Shown: positions 18,502 to 28,235 of the stretch, piece by piece
Layout of the letters: each line of letters begins with the position of its first letter
Numbering within the stretch: the first letter of the stretch is position 1
Made by a program: the position numbers and the translations under genes
Notes under the pieces: model-generated
Databases searched by the model: none
What the model was told of the DNA's origin: nothing
The model's input: only the letters and a program-made list of their open reading frames with translations
Assembly (NCBI GenBank): GCA_964347825.1
Contig: CAYFZQ010000003.1
Location: 1-50,284 of the forward strand
DNA from: an uncultured Candidatus Bathyarchaeia archaeon
GTDB taxonomy: Archaea > Thermoproteota > Bathyarchaeia > Bathyarchaeales > Bathyarchaeaceae
Length of the DNA stretch: 50,284 nt
Direction: 5' to 3'

Positions 18502-19026
18502 ATGCTCAGGAGACTTAGGCAGGAAGTTGGACTAACACAGAGGCAACTCGCCAAGTTAGTAGGAGTTTCACAAGCCCACATCTCCAAGATCGAAGGGCAG
18601 AATGTAGATCCTCGACTATCCACGGTAAACAAGATTCTCATGGTCTTGACCGAAGGGAAAGGCAAGAAGTGCCATGAAGTCATGACGAAGAACGTCCTCT
18701 TCGTGACTCCACAGGACAAGGTTCTGAAAGTCAGTCAGGTTATGATGAGAAACGCGATATCTCAAATCCCAGTGATCGATGACGGGCGTGTTGTAGGCAC
18801 CGTGACAGAGGAGGGCATTGTCAGGAACTTGAGCTCCACGATAGCCGATGAGAAAGTTGCAGGAGTAATACAAGCGCCGCTGCCAAGCGTTCCTCATGAT
18901 ACTGACTTGAGTTTGATCAGGCCACTACTGGAGGAGCATCCAGGTGTGTTGATCGTAGAGAAGGACGAGATCGTCGGTATCATAACGAGGTCAGATCTCT
19001 TGAAGACCCTCTCCAGACCCATATAA
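18502..19026 (+). CDS. XRE-family helix-turn-helix transcription regulator fused to a CBS-domain pair
   Basis: MLRRLRQEVGLTQRQLAKLVGVSQAHISKIEGQNVDP is a Cro/C1-type HTH. It is followed by two CBS motifs (VMTKNVLFV...ISQIPVIDDGRVVGTVTE and ...HPGVLIVEKDEIVGIITRSDLL). ATG 18502 is preferred over GTG 18484. Confidence 0.8.
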   Translation: MLRRLRQEVGLTQRQLAKLVGVSQAHISKIEGQNVDPRLSTVNKILMVLTEGKGKKCHEVMTKNVLFVTPQDKVLKVSQVMMRNAISQIPVIDDGRVVGTVTEEGIVRNLSSTIADEKVAGVIQAPLPSVPHDTDLSLIRPLLEEHPGVLIVEKDEIVGIITRSDLLKTLSRPI

Positions 19027-19111
19027 TCCGTTGATGGATTTCTGTATAGACACGCGATGGCAGATCACTCTGAGTTACATAGGAGTTTATGTGAAGTTGT
19101 TACAAAGATTG

Positions 19112-19118
19112 ATAAATA
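19112..19118 (+). promoter_or_regulatory. TATA-box-like ATAAATA upstream of purF (near-leaderless mRNA)
   Basis: Centred about 25 nt upstream of the purF ATG at 19140, with no Shine-Dalgarno-like element between. Confidence 0.35.
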
Positions 19119-19139
19119 GCCGATCTCATACTTCAAAAT

Positions 19140-20630
19140 ATGCTAGAACATTTAAAAGAAGCCTGCGGAGTCTTCGGAGCACAAGACCTTGGCGGCGGTC
19201 CGGTGTTCCCGTATATCTACTGGGGGTTAAGATCGCAAAATCATCGAGGGCACCAGTCGCACGGTTTTCTCACTTTCGATGGGACCTTCCATGTGCGCAA
19301 AGGCTTGGATCTGGTTCCGAAGCTGAAATCGAAAGATGTCGAAAAATGGTTGCGTGATTTGCCTGGCTACGTAGGTGTAGGAAACGTACGGTACACGACT
19401 TCCGGCGGGACAGATGAAAGATCGCTAGTTGAGGGAACTCAGCCATTCTTGACCAGCACAGACAAGAAGAGAATGGCGGTCTCATTCAACGGCAACATTG
19501 TGAATACCGCTCAGCTCACAAAGGAAATCAGACGCCAGTTCCCGGGATTCTGTTACGAATGCGACGGAGAATTGATCTGCCGAAAGCTCCTGTTGGGACT
19601 ATTGAAAAATCATGATTTACGCTCGTCTGTCAAGACCTGCATGAAAGAGGTAGAAGGCGCCTTTTCCGTTGCCGGAGTAACTCAAAAAGGAGAGTTATTC
19701 GCCTTCAGAGACCCCTACGGAGTAAGACCGCTTTGCTGCGGGAACGGCAACCATCGGCAAATCCGTGCGGTGTCCTCCGAAACCGTTGGTTTGGACATCA
19801 ACGGGTTTGAGCACAGCTTTGAGGTAAAACCTGGGGAGTTCGTGGCTGTGACTCAGGATGGTTTTGAACGGGAGCAACTTGTTGAATGTGAGAGAAAAGC
19901 TCTTTGTGCTTTCGAATTTGCCTACTTCGCTAGGCCAGACTCTAGGCTTGGAGATCAATTTGTGTATGAGGTGAGAGAGAACTTCGGACAAAACCTTGGT
20001 AGAGAATACCCTGAGATTGCCGCAAACGCGGATATCATTCTCTCGATGCCCGAAACGGGTGATGACTCTGCTTTAGGTCTTCACGAAGAGACGGGCGTCC
20101 GTTGGGAACGAGCCACAAGGAGACATAGATACGTAACGGAACGAGCCTTCATTCTCTTGCCAGAAGAACGCCATAGCACCATTGACAGAAAGATCAACAT
20201 TCTCGACCACAAGATCTCAGGGAAGACAGTTGTAGTTACTGAAGACAGTATCGTCAGGGGCGACACGACGAAAGTTGTGGTCAAGAAACTGCGTAGAATG
20301 GGTGCCAAGAAGGTCTATCTATTTATCACCTTCCCAAGGATTATCGGCCCCTGTTTCTATGGCGTTGACATGGCCACCTATGGTGAATTGATAGGTTCCA
20401 GATATGATGCTGAAGAAATCGCCAGGATCATTGATGCTGATGCCGTCTGCTATCAATCGGTAGCAGGATTCGTCGAAGCCACTGGTTTCGACAAGAACGA
20501 GTTGTGTCTGGGATGTGTTACTGGGGAATATCCGACTCCACTGGCGCAAAGGCTAGCTGACAAGATGAAGAAACACTTTGACAATGGACACAAAGAGATT
20601 GGGCGAATATACGAAATGGCAGTTGCTTAG
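19140..20630 (+). CDS. purF: Amidophosphoribosyltransferase
   Basis: A propeptide precedes the catalytic Cys (ACGVFGA). An Ntn glutaminase domain is followed by a PRTase domain (VVVTEDSIVRGDT). Confidence 0.95.
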   Translation: MLEHLKEACGVFGAQDLGGGPVFPYIYWGLRSQNHRGHQSHGFLTFDGTFHVRKGLDLVPKLKSKDVEKWLRDLPGYVGVGNVRYTTSGGTDERSLVEGTQPFLTSTDKKRMAVSFNGNIVNTAQLTKEIRRQFPGFCYECDGELICRKLLLGLLKNHDLRSSVKTCMKEVEGAFSVAGVTQKGELFAFRDPYGVRPLCCGNGNHRQIRAVSSETVGLDINGFEHSFEVKPGEFVAVTQDGFEREQLVECERKALCAFEFAYFARPDSRLGDQFVYEVRENFGQNLGREYPEIAANADIILSMPETGDDSALGLHEETGVRWERATRRHRYVTERAFILLPEERHSTIDRKINILDHKISGKTVVVTEDSIVRGDTTKVVVKKLRRMGAKKVYLFITFPRIIGPCFYGVDMATYGELIGSRYDAEEIARIIDADAVCYQSVAGFVEATGFDKNELCLGCVTGEYPTPLAQRLADKMKKHFDNGHKEIGRIYEMAVA

Positions 20631-20682
20631 ACGAAGGCAATTGAGGATTCCAGTAGAAGTCGATGAATATTGAGGTGATCTA

Positions 20683-22092
20683 ATGGACCGAGTTGGGATA
20701 CTAGTCGTGTCCTATGGTTCAAGAGGAGTAGCCGTGATAGACGCGTTCAGTCGCAGTGAAGACTATGATGCAGAATTCTACATTGCAGACAAACAGAGGA
20801 ATCCCTTTAACGCAAAAAAAGCGAGAAAACATGCTGTCATACCAGATCTTGATGTAAAGAAGATCTGCAGGTTTGCCAGAAAACATGAGAACAAGATCGA
20901 CTTCGGCATCGTGGGACCTGAAAAACCGATAATCAATGGCGTAAGAGACCTCTTTGAGGTAGAAACGCACATCCCCCTAATCTGCCCGACCAAAAAATTC
21001 GCAATAGAAGGAAGCAAAGTCGCGCAACGCTATCTCCTGGAACAAGTCGCTCCGGAAGCGAACCCAAGGTTCAGAGTGTTCGATCCCGCAGAGCATGGCA
21101 GCAAGAGTAAAGTGCGCAAAAAACTCGCTGCCTGGCTAGATGAACTCAACAACCGAGTCGCCGTCAAGCCGGACACCCCCGCCGCCGGAAAGGGAGTGGG
21201 TGTGTGGGGTGATCACTTCACAACGCGCAAGGGGTCGCTGGAGCACTTCCTGGCCAACTACGAACATGGTCCAGTACTAGTTGAGGAGAAGGTAGAAGGT
21301 GAAGAGTCAAGCTTTCAAGCTTTCTGTGACGGCAAACACATAGTTCCCCTGCCGGAGACTCGCGACTACAAGAGAGCATTCGACAACGACAAAGGACCAA
21401 ACACCGGAGGAATGGGATCATACAAAGACTCTGGCGACCTCTTGCCTTTCATGACGCCAGCAGATCGCCAGAAAGAGCTGAGAATCGTAGAAAAAGTCTT
21501 CAAGAAACTTAAGGGGAAGGGAAGCAATCCTGAGCTGCAAGGCATTCCGTTCTATTATGCATTCATCCACACCAGCAACGGACTAAAAATCCTCGAAAAC
21601 AACAGTCGCCCGGGCGATCCTGAGATACAGAACCTGCTGCCTGTGCTGAAGGACGACTTCGTCGAAGTTTGCTTCAAGATACTAGACGGCAACCTAAGAC
21701 GAGTCGAATTTGACAAACGCGCAACTGTTGTGATCTACAAGGCCCCCCCAGGATATGGAGGATTCATGAACGTCTTTCCTGAACAGGTAGAGAAGAATGA
21801 GGTGGGCAAACCTGTGGACTTAGGTGGCGCCTACAGACTAGAAGAAGAATATGGTGAGGCGATCAGAACCTATCCGGGATCAATGGAATTGAGAGAGGAC
21901 AAAACCTACGCCCTCACGTCACGAACTGTATGCGTCGTAGGCGTGGCAGACGATATTCCGAGAGCCAAAGAGATCTCGGTCGACGGGATAGAGGCGATTA
22001 AGGGGGGTTCGCTGTGGTTTAGAAGAGACATTGCCTCCGAAGAGCACGTCAAGAAGAGCATTGCACACATGCGAACCCTGAGGAAACGCTAA
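20683..22092 (+). CDS. purD: Phosphoribosylamine--glycine ligase
   Basis: ATP-grasp fold with GPNTGGMGSY and NSRPGDPE motifs. 469 aa, with insertions relative to the bacterial enzyme. Confidence 0.9.
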   Translation: MDRVGILVVSYGSRGVAVIDAFSRSEDYDAEFYIADKQRNPFNAKKARKHAVIPDLDVKKICRFARKHENKIDFGIVGPEKPIINGVRDLFEVETHIPLICPTKKFAIEGSKVAQRYLLEQVAPEANPRFRVFDPAEHGSKSKVRKKLAAWLDELNNRVAVKPDTPAAGKGVGVWGDHFTTRKGSLEHFLANYEHGPVLVEEKVEGEESSFQAFCDGKHIVPLPETRDYKRAFDNDKGPNTGGMGSYKDSGDLLPFMTPADRQKELRIVEKVFKKLKGKGSNPELQGIPFYYAFIHTSNGLKILENNSRPGDPEIQNLLPVLKDDFVEVCFKILDGNLRRVEFDKRATVVIYKAPPGYGGFMNVFPEQVEKNEVGKPVDLGGAYRLEEEYGEAIRTYPGSMELREDKTYALTSRTVCVVGVADDIPRAKEISVDGIEAIKGGSLWFRRDIASEEHVKKSIAHMRTLRKR

Positions 22093-23180
22093 TGGCTAGC
22101 GACCGACTATTCATCTCCGATTGTGAAGGTCCCGTATCAAAGAACGATAACGCATTTGAACTGACAAACAACTTCGTTCCACATGGAGATTACTTCTTTG
22201 CATTGGTAAGCAAATACGATGACATGCTTGCCGATGTCCTCAAGAAACCTGGCTATAAAGCTGGATACACCCTGAAGTTGATTCTACCCTTCTTGAAGAC
22301 CTACGGAGCGACCAACCGCAAGATGAAGGAGTACTCTGCAAAGAACATCCTACTCGTCCCAGGAGCCCAAGAGACGCTCGGATTCGTCAAAGACACAATG
22401 CCATCCTTTATGGTCAGCACCAGTTACGAACAGTACATTTCCTCCCTATGCACACTCGTAGGCTTTCCATACGAGAACACCTACTGCACGAAACTAGACT
22501 TAGACAAATACGAAGTCAGCGAGAGCGAGAAGAGGAAACTGAGAAAAATCCGAGAAGAAATCTCGCACATGCCCATGATCGAAATCCCGGAAAACGCCCA
22601 ATCCGTACAAGACTTCTCCACCAGAGATCAGAAGACAATCCAGCGACTAGACGAAATATTCTGGAATATCATCGCTGAGATGAAATCGGGCATCATGCTT
22701 CAGGAGGTTCAACCTGTCGGTGGTAGTGAAAAGGCTAAGGCGGTTCAGAATGCCGCCGAGAAGATGAATGGAAATCTTCAAGACGTGATGTACGTGGGTG
22801 ACAGCATAACGGATGCCACGTGTTTTCGGTTAGTGAGAGAAAATGAAGGGTTAACCGTTTCTTTCAACGGCAATGAATACGCTATCAAAGAAGCGGAGAT
22901 TGCTGTTCTCTCCGACAATACCATCGTCACTTCAGTTCTTGCCGACACCTTCAACACGGCAGGCAAAGACGGCGTGATCAACCTTGTCCGAGAGTGGGGA
23001 CATTCCGGACTGACGAAACACTGTGCCAACTCGACGCTGAGAAATCGCGCTTTCAAACTGTATCCTGAGAAGCTTCCTCAAGTCGAAATGACAACTCCGG
23101 CCAACAAAGAAAGGCTGATAAGAGAAAGTAATGCATTCAGAAAAAGAGTTAGAGGAGAAGCGATAGGAAGACTTGGATGA
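22092..23180 (+). CDS. Uncharacterised HAD-fold-like protein (recalls the archaeal family annotated 'energy-converting hydrogenase A subunit R')
   Basis: 362 aa. N-terminal LFISDCEGPVSKNDNAFEL has D-x-E in place of the HAD DxD. A C-terminal VGDSITD (motif IV-like) follows a large cap insertion. The ATG overlaps the purD TAA. The family assignment is from memory and unverified. Confidence 0.4.
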   Translation: MASDRLFISDCEGPVSKNDNAFELTNNFVPHGDYFFALVSKYDDMLADVLKKPGYKAGYTLKLILPFLKTYGATNRKMKEYSAKNILLVPGAQETLGFVKDTMPSFMVSTSYEQYISSLCTLVGFPYENTYCTKLDLDKYEVSESEKRKLRKIREEISHMPMIEIPENAQSVQDFSTRDQKTIQRLDEIFWNIIAEMKSGIMLQEVQPVGGSEKAKAVQNAAEKMNGNLQDVMYVGDSITDATCFRLVRENEGLTVSFNGNEYAIKEAEIAVLSDNTIVTSVLADTFNTAGKDGVINLVREWGHSGLTKHCANSTLRNRAFKLYPEKLPQVEMTTPANKERLIRESNAFRKRVRGEAIGRLG

Positions 23181-23230
23181 TTTAGTCAACCAGTTTCACA
23201 ATAGCTCGTTTCTGCTCAAGGAGAAATCAC

Positions 23231-24136
23231 ATGCAGCCCGAAATCGATGACACCTTCGCCGAAGCCTTCCAAGGCTTGTACTGCAGAATCATCGTGACTG
23301 CTGATGATGAAGTTGTCTTGCGGGAAGCAGCTCAAGATGCAACTGCGATGCCTTCAGTGGTCATCGGAAGGACGGAAGGGGGCGTTGAGAAGTATCTCAG
23401 TGAGGCGCAGACTTTAGACGGACGTAGGGGCGCAGTCTTGCAGTTTTGGGGCGCGATCGATGAAAAAAAACGTCTTGTCGATTCAGTGGAGAAGCTTGAA
23501 AAGGAGCTATCGTACCGCATACGCCAAGACATACTCGTCAAACCCTTCACCGCGATTTTTGATGCCCATCCCAAGCCCGAAGGTAGACTTGACATGATGA
23601 AAAGGGTCGGTCACTGTGGAGACGGATTTGAGTGGGAGGAGAAACGCTATGGGCGCAACATGATCATCGTGCCAATCATGGTTCCTGACTTCCAGATCGA
23701 ACGCTACTTGGGGTATGGTAGGGGGGTGATGGGGGCAAACTTCTGGTACATGTGCAGGACCAAAGAGTCAGTGACAACTGCCGGCAGAAAGGCGCTGCAA
23801 GCCATAGGCGAAATTGAAGGATCCATCACACCTTTCGGCATCTGCTCGGCAGGGTCCAAACCTGAGACCAAATTTCCGTGGATAGGTCCAACCACGAATC
23901 ACTTTTATTGCCCCACATTGAAAGAACGACTAGACAGAGAGTCACGGGTCCCTGCAGGCATCAGTTACATTCCAGAAATTGTGATCAACGGTTCTTCACT
24001 GGACGTTGTCAAGAAGGCAATGAAAGTCGGCATTCAGAGCGCGCTTCATGTAGCTGGCGTCGCTAGAATCTCCGCAGGCAATTATGGGGGAAAACTCGGA
24101 AAGTACAAAATCCACCTGCGAGAGTTGTTCAAATGA
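23231..24136 (+). CDS. ftr: Formylmethanofuran--tetrahydromethanopterin N-formyltransferase family protein (Ftr/FhcD-like)
   Basis: 301 aa, collinear with Ftr. N-terminal [30 protein letters not shown] and C-terminal [21 protein letters not shown] closely parallel Methanopyrus Ftr (EDTFAEAF ... ISAGNFGGKLGQYEIHLHDLF). The N-terminal lobe is more divergent. Confidence 0.8.
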   Translation: MQPEIDDTFAEAFQGLYCRIIVTADDEVVLREAAQDATAMPSVVIGRTEGGVEKYLSEAQTLDGRRGAVLQFWGAIDEKKRLVDSVEKLEKELSYRIRQDILVKPFTAIFDAHPKPEGRLDMMKRVGHCGDGFEWEEKRYGRNMIIVPIMVPDFQIERYLGYGRGVMGANFWYMCRTKESVTTAGRKALQAIGEIEGSITPFGICSAGSKPETKFPWIGPTTNHFYCPTLKERLDRESRVPAGISYIPEIVINGSSLDVVKKAMKVGIQSALHVAGVARISAGNYGGKLGKYKIHLRELFK

Positions 24137-25035
24137 AACTCGATGTCATCGGCTTCGGCGCCGTCAACTTAGATAGGCTATATAGAGTCGACTTCATTGC
24201 CAAAGAAGACGAGGAAAGCTCTATCCTAGATCTAACAGAGTCTCCGGGGGGTTCCGCAGCCAACACGATTGTTGGTCTGGCCAGGCTGGGGTTGAAGACT
24301 GGATTTGTCGGCAAAGTCGCTGAGGATCGCGCGGGAGAGCTTCTTCTGAAGGATTTCACAAACGAAAATGTGGATTTGAGCGGCATCGGGATTTCCAAAA
24401 CCGGTAGAAGCGGCACCGTCATGGGCTACGTGGACAAGAAAGGCGGCAGAGCACTCTACGTTGATCCAGGTGCCAATGATCTCCTAGAATTTGGCGAAAT
24501 CGATCTAGAATACGCCAACAACACTAAGTTCTTCCATCTAACATCCTTCGCCGGTGGAAAACCTTTCCAAGCTCAATGTAGACTCGTCAAGACTCTTTCT
24601 GACGTTGCGATAAGCCTTGATCCTGGCACTCTATATGCTAGAAAGGGCTTAGAGTCTTTGAAGCCCATTGTAAAACGTTGCTCAGTAATGTTTCCAAGTG
24701 GGCATGAAGTGAAGCTGCTCACTGGAAAAGACTATGAAAAGGGATCCAAGATTCTGACAAGAAAGGGTGTTGACATAGTCGCTGTGAAGCTTGGTGAGAG
24801 AGGGTGTTACGTCACAGATGGCCAAGAAAGCTATGTGGTAGAACCTTACAACGTAGAGGTCGCAGACACGACCGGGGCTGGTGATGCCTTTTGCGCCGGT
24901 TTCTTGTACGGTCTGATCGAAAACAAGGAGCTCTACGAGTGTGGAAAACTCGGGAACTTTGTGGCGTCCAGATGCATAACGAAGAGTGGCGCCAGAAGGG
25001 GACTTCCACGGCTTTCGGATTTGGGGAACATCTGA
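24133..25035 (+). CDS. PfkB-family carbohydrate/nucleoside kinase
   Basis: N-terminal GAVNLD...GGSAANT and the C-terminal anion-hole DTTGAGDAF motif. 300 aa. The ATG overlaps the ftr TGA (ATGA). Confidence 0.8.
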   Translation: MKLDVIGFGAVNLDRLYRVDFIAKEDEESSILDLTESPGGSAANTIVGLARLGLKTGFVGKVAEDRAGELLLKDFTNENVDLSGIGISKTGRSGTVMGYVDKKGGRALYVDPGANDLLEFGEIDLEYANNTKFFHLTSFAGGKPFQAQCRLVKTLSDVAISLDPGTLYARKGLESLKPIVKRCSVMFPSGHEVKLLTGKDYEKGSKILTRKGVDIVAVKLGERGCYVTDGQESYVVEPYNVEVADTTGAGDAFCAGFLYGLIENKELYECGKLGNFVASRCITKSGARRGLPRLSDLGNI

Positions 25036-25040
25036 CGGCT

Positions 25041-25859
25041 CTAGAGCTTTCGAGTCAGATATTCGACCACAGATTCGAACACTAGCCTGCCATCGCCATA
25101 GTCCGGCATCCTTTGCTGAGTTGTCCAGTCAGGAAGTTGCCAGCCGTAGTAGGCTCTCTCCGGATGAGGCATCAGACCGAAGACGATGCCACTTGGATTG
25201 CAGATTCCAGCGATGTCGTGCAATGCCCCGTTGGGATTTGCAGGATATCTTCCCTCAGCGTATTCACCGTTCTCATCGCAGTATCTGAAGACAAGTTGGT
25301 CATTGTCATACAGCTTTTCCAAGTAGTCTCTTTCCTTTTCCTTTGAGAATACGAATCGCCCTTCTGCATGCGCCACAGGGATTCTCAGTGTTTCACCTTT
25401 GGGGATGTTCTTCGTGAAGACACAGTTGCCAGAGTTTTCGTTCTTAAGGTGAATCCAAGCGCAGCGATAGCCAACAGGAGTATTGGTTGCCAGCGCAGCT
25501 TTTGGATATTCGCCGGCATTCCTAAAGCCTGGTAAGAATCCTGCTTCAACCAAGACTTGGAAACCATTACAGATTCCCATGATAGGTCTTTCCATTTCCA
25601 CGAAGCGTTTCAAGTCAGGGCCCAGTTTGGCTATGAGGCTCTTAGCTAATATGGCGCCAGCTCGAACATAGTCTCCGTAAGAAAAGCCACCTGGAAATAC
25701 AAGAGCGCTATAGTCGAGAAGGTTTCCCTTTCTGACCAATTCGTTGAGGTGAACGACTTCAGCCTTGATACCTAGGTCATCGAACGCGCTCCTAGTTTCT
25801 GCGTCACAATTCGTTCCGCCGACCCTCGCTATGCAAACGTGGATTTCAGCCTTCTTCAC
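25041..25859 (-). CDS. purQ: Phosphoribosylformylglycinamidine synthase, glutaminase subunit
   Basis: GTNCD, a catalytic Cys in GICNGFQ and HAEG in VAHAEGRF. 272 aa. Confidence 0.9.
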   Translation of the reverse strand: MKKAEIHVCIARVGGTNCDAETRSAFDDLGIKAEVVHLNELVRKGNLLDYSALVFPGGFSYGDYVRAGAILAKSLIAKLGPDLKRFVEMERPIMGICNGFQVLVEAGFLPGFRNAGEYPKAALATNTPVGYRCAWIHLKNENSGNCVFTKNIPKGETLRIPVAHAEGRFVFSKEKERDYLEKLYDNDQLVFRYCDENGEYAEGRYPANPNGALHDIAGICNPSGIVFGLMPHPERAYYGWQLPDWTTQQRMPDYGDGRLVFESVVEYLTRKL

Positions 25860-25862
25860 TGT

Positions 25863-28235
25863 TCAACCTCCTAGCGCCCTTTCCCAACAGACCCGCAGTT
25901 CAGCCAAGCTGGTGTCTATGAGTCTCTTGCCATCTAGACCGTGCACAGAGAAATTGCGATTCTTTTCGACTCTCCCGACTGCTGAATAGATCGAGCCCCT
26001 CATCAGAGTCTCGAAATCCTCTCTGCGTTTCTCGATGACTTCTACGAGGAACCGGCTGCTAGACTCAGAGAAGAGAACGAAGTCATTCCGCCGAATCTCC
26101 TTACCCCCAGGCACGTTTTCCAGAAGCAGCTTCATTCCGTAGTCGCTGCTGAAGGCCATTTCCGCCGCCGCGACCGCCAAGCCCCCCTCTGAAAGATCAT
26201 GACACGACTTGATGTACCCAGCATCTATCGCCTTTCGCATCGCATCCATGATCTTTCTCCCTTGTCTTACTCTGACCCGAGGAACAGTTTTTCCCAAGAA
26301 CCCGCTCATTTGGTAGTATTCCGAACCGCCCAATTCCGGATAAGTCTGGCCTACTAGGTAGATCGGGTTTCCTGGGTGTTTCAATTCCATTGATACCGCC
26401 TTTCTCACGTCGTTGATTATTCCGATCGCTGTGATTAGAAGCGTAGGAGTGACTGGGCCGAGAGGTGACTCGTTATAAAGGCTGTCCTTTCCTGAAATGA
26501 ATGGAGTTCCGAAGCCTTTGGCAGTGTCGTAGCAGGCTTTGCAGGCCCTCATTAGTGAAGCTAGTCTGTCAGGTTTTTCAGGATTTCCCCATGTGAAATT
26601 GTCGAGTAGCGCGATTCTTCGTCCGCCTACCGAGGTGTTGTTTCGCAGGGCTTCGTCTATTGATGACGCAGCCATCCAGTAGGGATCGATCTTTCCATAA
26701 TTCGGGTTCATGCCACAAGATATGACGAGCCCTTTCCAAGACTTTCGCAGCGGTTTGACTATTGCGGCATCATTTGGCCCACTGTATTTGCCTTGCAGAG
26801 GTTTCAGCGCAGTATTTCCTTTGACTTCATGGTCATACGTTCTCACCACTGATTCGCGACTGGCAACATTTGGGGAAGCTAGCATCTTTAATAAGACGTT
26901 CGGGAGGCTTTCTGGCTCAGCAAATTCAGGTTCAGCATACGGTGGCGCCTTCCGTCTTCCAGTCCTCTTGACTTTGGGCGGTTCAAACAAGAAATGCGTT
27001 GCTAGATACGCGACTCTCCTTCCTTGATAGTCAGCTCTAACAAACTGATCGTCTGTGAACCTGCCAATTGGAGTAGCCTGGACGTTTTCGCTCTCAAAGA
27101 TTTTCAAGGCGTCTCGAAGGTTCCTTTTGGGAACACTTATGAACATTCGTTCCTGGGATTCAGAAATGTAGATCTCCCATGGAGCCATACCTGGGTACTT
27201 CAGTGGGATTTTCTCTAGCTCGATATGCACGCCGCAGTGGGATCGGTGGGCCATCTCACCGGCAGCACTGGAAAGCCCTCCGCCGCCCAGGTCAGTTATG
27301 GCGGAGCCTAATTCTTCATCTCTTATTTGGATGATCGCACGTCGTAGTTTCTCCTCCTCGATAGGATTGGCTATCTGAACAGCTGGCCTAGATACTTCTT
27401 CAGATTCTTCTGTCAGTTCAGCCGAGGCGAAGGTCACTCCGTGAATTCCGTCCCTTCCAGTTTTTCCTCCTGCTAGAACTGCGATGTCACCGGGCATCGT
27501 GTTTCTCACAAACTTCTTCATCGGGAGGATGCCCATGCACCCACAGTAAACGACGACGTTGCCCACGTAGCTCTCGTCAAAGTAGAGTGCTCCGTTGACC
27601 GTGGGAATGCCCATGTTGTTCCCGTAGCAGCCTATGCCCGCGACAACTCCTCTGAAGACGTATTTGGGATGCTTTATTCCGAGAGGGAGCTTCTCGTATT
27701 CGAAATCCAGTGGCCCAAAACAGAGGACGTCTGTGCACGCTATTGGATCAGCCCACACTCCAAGGACGTCGCGGATTACTCCCCCTGTTCCAGTTGCTGC
27801 ACCCCCAAAAGGCTCAATGGCTGAGGGATGATTGTGCGTTTCGACTTTGGCTGCAACGGCATAGCCATTTTCGAACTCGATAATACCTGCATTGTCTTCG
27901 AATACGGAGAGGCACCAAGGCAGATTGAGTTCACGCGTTACGCCTGCTATGTATGTCTTGAACGGGCTCTCCACTTCCCCGTCTTCCGTGGTAATATTTC
28001 CTTTGAAGGTCTTGTGGAAACAATGTTCGGACCACGTCTGCCCAATTGCTTGGAGTTCGACGTCTGTGGGAGTTCTTCCATTCTTCCGAAAATATCTTTG
28101 AACGGTCTTCATCTCTCTTAGATTCAAGCCGATTCCTAGTTCTCTGCTTGCCTGCAGGAGCTGTCTGTCATCTGCATTAAGAAGGTCAACTGTAAATAGC
28201 TCGAACGGCAGATCTTGTTTGATGAACAGGCTCAT
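25863..28235 (-). CDS. purL: Phosphoribosylformylglycinamidine synthase subunit II
   Basis: 790 aa with a duplicated PurM-like fold and the ETHNHPS, GGAATGTGGVIRD and QERM motifs. Confidence 0.95.
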   Translation of the reverse strand: MSLFIKQDLPFELFTVDLLNADDRQLLQASRELGIGLNLREMKTVQRYFRKNGRTPTDVELQAIGQTWSEHCFHKTFKGNITTEDGEVESPFKTYIAGVTRELNLPWCLSVFEDNAGIIEFENGYAVAAKVETHNHPSAIEPFGGAATGTGGVIRDVLGVWADPIACTDVLCFGPLDFEYEKLPLGIKHPKYVFRGVVAGIGCYGNNMGIPTVNGALYFDESYVGNVVVYCGCMGILPMKKFVRNTMPGDIAVLAGGKTGRDGIHGVTFASAELTEESEEVSRPAVQIANPIEEEKLRRAIIQIRDEELGSAITDLGGGGLSSAAGEMAHRSHCGVHIELEKIPLKYPGMAPWEIYISESQERMFISVPKRNLRDALKIFESENVQATPIGRFTDDQFVRADYQGRRVAYLATHFLFEPPKVKRTGRRKAPPYAEPEFAEPESLPNVLLKMLASPNVASRESVVRTYDHEVKGNTALKPLQGKYSGPNDAAIVKPLRKSWKGLVISCGMNPNYGKIDPYWMAASSIDEALRNNTSVGGRRIALLDNFTWGNPEKPDRLASLMRACKACYDTAKGFGTPFISGKDSLYNESPLGPVTPTLLITAIGIINDVRKAVSMELKHPGNPIYLVGQTYPELGGSEYYQMSGFLGKTVPRVRVRQGRKIMDAMRKAIDAGYIKSCHDLSEGGLAVAAAEMAFSSDYGMKLLLENVPGGKEIRRNDFVLFSESSSRFLVEVIEKRREDFETLMRGSIYSAVGRVEKNRNFSVHGLDGKRLIDTSLAELRVCWERALGG

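Noticed and set aside
17181-18719. Full 512-aa track ORF for the SAM synthetase
   Set aside because: The first 109 residues (Cys/Ser/Thr-rich) overlap the HTH-CBS gene and the promoter region. The conserved archaeal MAT N-terminus begins at ATG 18392.
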